A stretch of DNA of 64,000 bases, taken from positions 712,460 to 776,459 of the forward strand of contig CAVTBR010000003.1 in NCBI GenBank assembly GCA_963733055.1. The letters are read 5' to 3'. This DNA comes from Candidatus Bathyarchaeota archaeon (lineage in GTDB: Archaea > Thermoproteota > Bathyarchaeia > 40CM-2-53-6). Within the stretch, counting starts at the first letter, position 1; the number at the start of each line of letters is the position of its first letter. Below are positions 58,402-64,000 of this stretch, one piece after another. The notes under the pieces were generated by a model. The model did no database searches and was not told the origin of the DNA. It saw only the letters and a program-made list of their open reading frames with translations. The position numbers were made by a program, and so were the translations under genes.

Positions 58402-59568
58402 GTGGTTTCAAAAGACGAAGTGATGGCATCCCTGAAGGATGTCATCGACCCAGAACTTCACATCTCCATAGTCAACTTACAAATGGTCAAGGATGTTGAG
58501 ATTCAAGGGGATAGGGTCAAGGTTCTCATCGCATTGACAGTTGGTGGTTGCCCTCTGTCAAAGACAATATCGACAGATGTCGAAAATGCCGTCACAAAAC
58601 TCCCAGGCGTCAAAACGGTTAACGTCGAAACGACCGTTATGACCAAGGAAGAGCTCGGTCAGTTACGATCTAAGATACAAGGTCAGATGGCTGCGGCACA
58701 AGCCCAGAAGCCCGGTTCCCCGATGCCCCCCGGAATTAACCGGCTTGAGCGAAAAGGTATCCGAAACGTACTCGCCATAATGTCCGGGAAAGGGGGCGTC
58801 GGCAAATCTTTCGTCACCGCATTTCTAGCCGTCCAACTGACCAGGATGGGTTACAAAGTAGGCATTCTTGACGCCGACATCACAGGCCCAAGCATCGCAA
58901 AGATGTTCGGGTTGAAGGGCCCACTCTTCGTCACTGCGGATAAGCACGTGCTGCCGGCGGTAACGCGAACCGGCATCAAAGTTGTTTCAATGAACTTGAT
59001 TCTCGAAGAACCGCAAATGCCTGTGATTGTTCGTGGCCCAATCATAAACAGCGTCATTCGCCAAATGTTCCAAGACATAGAATGGGGAGACCTACACTTC
59101 CTCCTAACGGACCTCCCTCCGGGAACCTCGGACGCTCCGTTGACCGTTTTTCAGTCACTACCCTTGCAGGGCGTGATCGTTGTTACAACACCTCAGGATT
59201 TGGCGTTGATGGTGGTTGCGAAGGCGATCAACATGGCCAAGACTCTGAGTGAGCAACTGAACGCAGTGAAAATCCTTGGCCTAATTGAGAACATGAGTTA
59301 TGTCATATGCCCACACTGCGGCGAGAGATCAGATATCTTCGGCCATAGCAAGGCGCCTGAGGCAGCAAAACAGGCTGGGATCCCCTTCCTCGGAAAGGTC
59401 CCGATTGACCCCGACATAGCAAGGTTGGCCGATGAGGGTAAGATAGAAGATTACAGCAACCCTTTGTTCGAGGAAGTCACTAGAGCTATCAGGGTAAATG
59501 CGACCAGGCTTCTTGAACCCATACCAGGGGCTATGCCGATTGCATGGTCCGAACAGAAGGCGGGCTGA
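58402..59568 (+). CDS. Mrp/NBP35 (ApbC) Fe-S carrier ATPase with N-terminal DUF59
   Basis: DPEL, SGKGGVGKS, DLPPGTSD, ENMS..CPHC. Confidence 0.94.
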   Translation: MVSKDEVMASLKDVIDPELHISIVNLQMVKDVEIQGDRVKVLIALTVGGCPLSKTISTDVENAVTKLPGVKTVNVETTVMTKEELGQLRSKIQGQMAAAQAQKPGSPMPPGINRLERKGIRNVLAIMSGKGGVGKSFVTAFLAVQLTRMGYKVGILDADITGPSIAKMFGLKGPLFVTADKHVLPAVTRTGIKVVSMNLILEEPQMPVIVRGPIINSVIRQMFQDIEWGDLHFLLTDLPPGTSDAPLTVFQSLPLQGVIVVTTPQDLALMVVAKAINMAKTLSEQLNAVKILGLIENMSYVICPHCGERSDIFGHSKAPEAAKQAGIPFLGKVPIDPDIARLADEGKIEDYSNPLFEEVTRAIRVNATRLLEPIPGAMPIAWSEQKAG

Positions 59569-59627
59569 ATTGGTCGGACTAAGATTAATAGGGAAGCGAA
59601 ACGCGACTAGTCCTAACTTGACATGAG

Positions 59628-59942
59628 GTGATTAAGAAGTTGGTCACTAAAGATGAAGTCATAACGGTGCTCAAGGACTGCTACGACCCGGAAATCCCCC
59701 TCAACATCTGGGACCTCGGCTTAGTATATGGCATCGACCTCAACGAGGACGGTAACATTGGAATCAAAATGACGCTAACAGCCCCTGGCTGCATGATGGG
59801 CGGTATGATCGCGGAAGAAGTGAAGTCGAAGATCAAGGCTATGAACGGTGTCAAAGACGCTAAAGTAGAACTAGTCTGGGACCCACCATGGAGCCCAGAC
59901 AAAATGAGCGAAGAAGCAAAGGCCCAAATGGGAATCTCCTAG
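59628..59942 (+). CDS. DUF59 / SufT-like Fe-S assembly protein
   Basis: YDPEIP.NI.DLGL.Y, MTLTAPGC, WDPPW..D.MS. Confidence 0.92.
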   Translation: MIKKLVTKDEVITVLKDCYDPEIPLNIWDLGLVYGIDLNEDGNIGIKMTLTAPGCMMGGMIAEEVKSKIKAMNGVKDAKVELVWDPPWSPDKMSEEAKAQMGIS

Positions 59943-59963
59943 GCATTTCCTCAATTCAGCGAA

Positions 59964-59973
59964 TTTTTTTTTT
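59964..59973 (+). terminator. Poly-T terminator
   Basis: Run of about 10 T some 20 nt after the DUF59 stop. Confidence 0.6.
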
Positions 59974-60102
59974 GAACGAAAGCAAGCCGAACCTGTCCAA
60001 CGCAGTCTTAGGCCGCGTGAACTAAGGCGAAGCTCTGGAAGCAGAGTCTTTCATGCGTTATCGTCACGTCCTGACCGGAGACGAGCTAACACTTGGTATG
60101 CT

Positions 60103-60681
60103 TCAAAAGAACTCGGACTCTACCCTGATCAAATCCTGTTCGTTGGTAGCGGATGCGTACGCTGCTAGGGGTTGCTCGTTGAGTGTTAGAAAAGTCGGTC
60201 CCCATTTGTAAATTGAAAGTAATCGTGTAGCTCGTTCTTGAAAGCCCATTATGTAGAGACTTGCGGCCAAGGCCTCCAGCGAGGACAGCTTATGCGGCTT
60301 CGCGTAATTGACCGGGTTTGAGGCGAGCAGGGTGGGAAGGCGTCTCCCCTCGCCTGGTAGTCGAAAGCCGAATGTGGTTTCGACTCTCTCCCACGAACAA
60401 TCGATAGCGGCCAATCCGTGCTTCAAAGCCTCTACTCTATCTCTGTTGAGAAGAAGTTCGGTTGCGAAGGGATTCAGAACCAGGCAGTTCCGCGGTACTT
60501 GTCTTGCATTGTAGAGCGGCCGCGCGAGCCTGAATTTGACAAGTTTCGCCGCTGTGCATTTGCTCGGATCGTCTTGCCGTAGCTGAAGCACATAGATTTG
60601 TGGTGATTGGGGAACTTGCTCGTGAGAGTTGATCTCGCGAGGATTCAGTGCAACCGTTTCTGGTGAATCTCCTTGTGGCAC
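60103..60681 (-). CDS. tsr3: 16S rRNA aminocarboxypropyltransferase Tsr3
   Basis: DDPSKCTA, IDCSW, R.LP.LLA.NPVNY, KWG.TFL.LN; true start may be slightly downstream. Confidence 0.93.
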   Translation of the reverse strand: MPQGDSPETVALNPREINSHEQVPQSPQIYVLQLRQDDPSKCTAAKLVKFRLARPLYNARQVPRNCLVLNPFATELLLNRDRVEALKHGLAAIDCSWERVETTFGFRLPGEGRRLPTLLASNPVNYAKPHKLSSLEALAASLYIMGFQERATRLLSIYKWGPTFLTLNEQPLAAYASATNEQDLIRVESEFF

Positions 60682-62180
60682 ATCGGGTCGTTCAAAACTT
60701 TCGAGATGTATCTGAGAAGATCAGTTGCAGTTAGATGGTAACCCAACTGTTCTTCTGCAAGGTCCCCCGACGCGCCGTTAACGAATGCTCCAGCGACGGC
60801 AGCTCTAAAGCTGTTGACCCCTTGAGCCATGAAACCCGCTACGACACCTGAGAGCACGTCTCCAGTACCGCCGACGGTCATTCCAACGTTGCCGGTCTCG
60901 TTCAGCTTTACACGTGCGCCATCCGATATTATGTCCGTATCTCCTTTCAGGAGAATAACGGCTCCGCATGTTGTTGAGAAAGTTTTGACCTGGTTGGACT
61001 TGGTTCTCAGGTCCCTTGAAACAGTCTGTCCCGAAACGGACTGAAACTCTCCTGCGTGCGGAGTGAGCACCGTCGAGTCGTCAAACAACTTCTTCTTAAC
61101 AACTCCGAGGCCCCTCAACGCGTCTGCGTCAACTAGGAGGGGTTTCTTCAATTCTCGAACAATCTGGATGATTCGGCGAACAGCGGAGGCGGCCTTGGGG
61201 CTCTGCCCCAATCCCGGCCCCACAGCAACTGCAGTAGCTCTTTCAATGTGCCCTCGCAGGGTTTGGATGTGGGTGACCGCTAAATTCTCGCCCGAAAGTT
61301 TGATCGAGATTAAGTCTGGTGAATGGGCAGCGATCACTTGGGCTGTCTTTTCGGGGGCTGCGACGAAAACGAGATCCGTTCCGGTGCGGTATGCCGCGAG
61401 AGCAACGAGGGATGGAGCCCCGGTGAAGGTTTCGCTCCCACCAATGACCAGTAACCTGCCGAACTGTCCCTTATGCGCCTCAGGTGACCTTCTGATCCTA
61501 ATTGCTTCAACATCTCCCGGGCCAGCGTAAATGGCTGCTTCAGGTGGAATACCAATGTCGGCGACAGCAAGCTCACCGCAGAAATTTGCTGCCTTCGTGA
61601 GCCCACTCTTCATCGCGTGAAATGTCACTGTTACGTTGGCGTGGACAGCCTCGCCCAGAGCTTCCCCTGTGTCGGAATCTACCCCGGTGGGGACATCTAC
61701 TGCCAACTTGAAACCTCGGCTTGCGTTGATTACCTGGACAGCCTTCAAGGTTGGTTGGCGAAGCTTACCCCTAACCCCCGTTCCTAGCACGGCATCTACT
61801 AACACATCGGAATCCGATTCAGAGAGGGATGATGAGTCTCTGCACTCCTCGATCTTCACCGATGAAGACATTGACTTCAAAGCGAGCCAGTTCTGGAGTA
61901 CAATGGGATCGGAGATGGTTCTCCCATCTCCTATCAGCCTCAAAGTGACCTTGAACTTCCTTGCCGCCAAATGTCTGGCGGCAACCATCCCGTCGCCACC
62001 ATTTCTCCCTAGCCCAGAGTAAACGAGAACCGAACTACCAGCCCCAAACCGGGCAGAAATCGCGTCTGCTATAGATCGGCCGGCATTCTCCATCAATTGA
62101 AGAGTTGAAACCCCGAGGTATTCCGAGTTTCTGTCCAAGATGCTTGCTTCAAGTGAATCTGTGCGCGAATCATGTAACAA
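60645..62180 (-). CDS. nnr: Bifunctional NAD(P)HX epimerase/dehydratase
   Basis: LMENAG, G.NGGDG, DAVLGTG, HKG..G, DADAL, TPHAGEF, GGTGDVL; TTG start about 62180 preferred over 62366. Confidence 0.93.
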   Translation of the reverse strand: MLHDSRTDSLEASILDRNSEYLGVSTLQLMENAGRSIADAISARFGAGSSVLVYSGLGRNGGDGMVAARHLAARKFKVTLRLIGDGRTISDPIVLQNWLALKSMSSSVKIEECRDSSSLSESDSDVLVDAVLGTGVRGKLRQPTLKAVQVINASRGFKLAVDVPTGVDSDTGEALGEAVHANVTVTFHAMKSGLTKAANFCGELAVADIGIPPEAAIYAGPGDVEAIRIRRSPEAHKGQFGRLLVIGGSETFTGAPSLVALAAYRTGTDLVFVAAPEKTAQVIAAHSPDLISIKLSGENLAVTHIQTLRGHIERATAVAVGPGLGQSPKAASAVRRIIQIVRELKKPLLVDADALRGLGVVKKKLFDDSTVLTPHAGEFQSVSGQTVSRDLRTKSNQVKTFSTTCGAVILLKGDTDIISDGARVKLNETGNVGMTVGGTGDVLSGVVAGFMAQGVNSFRAAVAGAFVNGASGDLAEEQLGYHLTATDLLRYISKVLNDPMCHKEIHQKRLH

Positions 62181-62359
62181 ATGAGTCCCGAACTCTCGGA
62201 CCACCGAATCTGGTAAATGTTGTGGAAGGTTCCGTTTTATCCTGTCGACCGGTAACTCATCTGCATCGACTTTCAGTATTGCCCTCAGTCCAGTCCCTAT
62301 TCTATTGCAGAAACCCTTTTTAGCCGTGCCCTGAAAGAATCCACTACGAGGTTTCGCAT

Positions 62360-62596
62360 TTGCCACTCGCCTTTGTTCTGATTAACGCTGAGATCGGTTC
62401 GGAAGACGAGGTTCTCAAGGAGCTACGGAAACTAAGTAACGTAAAGGAATCCTACGTCGTCTACGGCGTCTACGACGTAGTGGCCAAGGTCGAAGCCGAA
62501 TCAATGGATAAACTCAAGGAAATCGTAACCTGGAAGATCCGCAGGCTCGATAAGGTCCGATCAACTCTTACGATGATAGTTGTCGAAGGAGCCTAA
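62360..62596 (+). CDS. Stand-alone Lrp/AsnC ligand-binding (RAM) domain protein
   Basis: AFVLIN...G.E..V, VYGVYD, IR....V.STLT. Confidence 0.92.
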   Translation: MPLAFVLINAEIGSEDEVLKELRKLSNVKESYVVYGVYDVVAKVEAESMDKLKEIVTWKIRRLDKVRSTLTMIVVEGA

Positions 62597-62617
62597 ACTC
62601 CTAACCGCTAACGGGGC

Positions 62618-63979
62618 ATGCCCGTTAGAACATCAACAGGGCTATGTTTAGTGAAACTGCACATTGGAATCGACGACACAGATTCCAGGAAAGGCGGCTG
62701 CACAACCTACATCGGCGCTCTCTTAGTCGATGAATTCTCTCAACAGGAAATCAAATTCACGGATTACCCTAACATCATTCGCTTAAACCCCAACATACCG
62801 TTCAAGACCCGAGGCAACGCGGCAGTAGCCCTGAGGATCGAGATCCCTGACGCGACTTACGAAATGGTTCGAGAAATTGTGATCCGCACCGTAGAAGAGA
62901 ATTGCCGGCTGGGAGATGAAGGGACTGATCCAGCAATTGTAATGCTGCAGGGCAACCCCACAAGTCGGATAAAACAGCTTTCGGATGCAGCTCTAACAGA
63001 CATTATTCCGATTCGTAAGGCGCTACTCACGTTGAAGCACCCTAACGCGTCAGCGATTTGTTATGGCAGTGGACTTGGCTTGGTCGGAGCTCTATCCGCG
63101 ATAGGGCAAACGTTGAACGGCGACCACACCTTCGAGCTGGTTGCTTACAGGGAGAAGGGGAACTGCGGCACGCCGAGGCGTGTCGATCACGCTTCGGTGG
63201 TCAGGATGGATAGGATGACCAGGCCGGAAACGTTCAACAGCTATGATGCGGATAACAAGAGGATGCTTATTGCGCCGCATGGGCCGGATCCTGTGTTACT
63301 TGGCTTGCGAGGGGAAACCCCGGAGGTAGTTGTTAGAGCGTTTAAGCTCATCAGCATTCAAGAATCTGTCGAGCGATGGGTAATATTTCGCACCAACCAT
63401 GGGACCGACGCACATTTCCTACGAACATCCCCCGCCCAACGCATCGAACTTAACCAACCGGTCAAACTAAGTGGACAAGTATCCGAACGACCCACACGAA
63501 TCTCTGGAGGGCACGTCTTCTTCAAACTCAAGCACAAGAATAGGATTATTCAGTGTGCGGCGTTTGAACCGACTGGGAAGTTCAGGGCAGTAGTTGCGAG
63601 CCTGGTTCCAGGAGACCAGGTCACGGTTTTCGGCGGGGTAAGAAGGAACCAGCGCAGGCATCCGCTCACAGTGAACCTTGAAAGACTTCTAATTCGTCAA
63701 CTAAGCGATGATATTGCAATCGAGAATCCGAAGTGCTCTCGTTGCGGAAAACACATGAAATCCTCAGGCGCCGGTCAAGGGTTCAGATGTGCGAAGTGCA
63801 AACTAGTAGCGCGAAACGAATCGAAACAGGTTCTTCGAAACCGCAGGATGATTCAGCTTGGGGTATATCTTCCCGATAAGAAAGCGCAGAGGCATTTAAC
63901 AAAGCCTCTCTCCCGCTATGGAATTGAAAAGAAGAGGTGGGGCAAGGAACCGCCATCAGGGCTCTGGCACAGACCTTGA
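62618..63979 (+). CDS. tiaS: tRNA(Ile2) agmatinylcytidine synthetase
   Basis: IGIDDTDS..GGCTT, RLNPNIPFKTRGN, TNHGTD.H, FEPT, C-terminal zinc ribbon, RHL.KP. Confidence 0.96.
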   Translation: MPVRTSTGLCLVKLHIGIDDTDSRKGGCTTYIGALLVDEFSQQEIKFTDYPNIIRLNPNIPFKTRGNAAVALRIEIPDATYEMVREIVIRTVEENCRLGDEGTDPAIVMLQGNPTSRIKQLSDAALTDIIPIRKALLTLKHPNASAICYGSGLGLVGALSAIGQTLNGDHTFELVAYREKGNCGTPRRVDHASVVRMDRMTRPETFNSYDADNKRMLIAPHGPDPVLLGLRGETPEVVVRAFKLISIQESVERWVIFRTNHGTDAHFLRTSPAQRIELNQPVKLSGQVSERPTRISGGHVFFKLKHKNRIIQCAAFEPTGKFRAVVASLVPGDQVTVFGGVRRNQRRHPLTVNLERLLIRQLSDDIAIENPKCSRCGKHMKSSGAGQGFRCAKCKLVARNESKQVLRNRRMIQLGVYLPDKKAQRHLTKPLSRYGIEKKRWGKEPPSGLWHRP

Positions 63980-64000
63980 CTTCACAGTCAGGCTGCGCTG

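Noticed and set aside
738-63661. Numerous antisense or overlapping ORFs in the six-frame track (e.g. 738-1190, 2567-3154, 61063-61530)
   Set aside because: They are shadows of well-supported genes on the opposite strand or frame and have no recognisable motifs.

Overview
This is a 64-kb archaeal chromosomal segment. Gene content and frequent TTG/GTG starts suggest a TACK archaeon, most likely Bathyarchaeia (inference). Most of the window is core or metabolic: Vor-type 2-oxoacid oxidoreductase, hypABC, ACD, atpI, Topo VI, the Dim2-Rio1-aIF1A-aIF2beta cluster, metG, gcvPA/PB, PINA, rtcB, sucCD, aspS, Mrp/SufT, tsr3, nnr and tiaS. Several core genes carry single-base frameshifts that look like assembly errors. 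The standout feature is an accessory island at about 38012-44990, directly upstream of the hsp20 TATA box. It is a stack of at least three (probably four) diverged IS6-like transposons in the same orientation, separated only by the same 8-bp sequence TTACGTAA. Each complete unit has about 60-bp structured inverted ends, a SWIM-zinc-finger DDE transposase, a divergent conserved 60-aa ORF with its own paired operator-like sites, and two variable cargo slots (a C39-like peptidase and membrane proteins). The insertion site lies in a GTTAC-N5-GTAAC palindrome of the hsp20 promoter, and the element end itself supplies half of that palindrome. The result looks like a site-targeted, self-regenerating, integron-like cargo array. 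No CRISPR, rRNA or tRNA was recognised.
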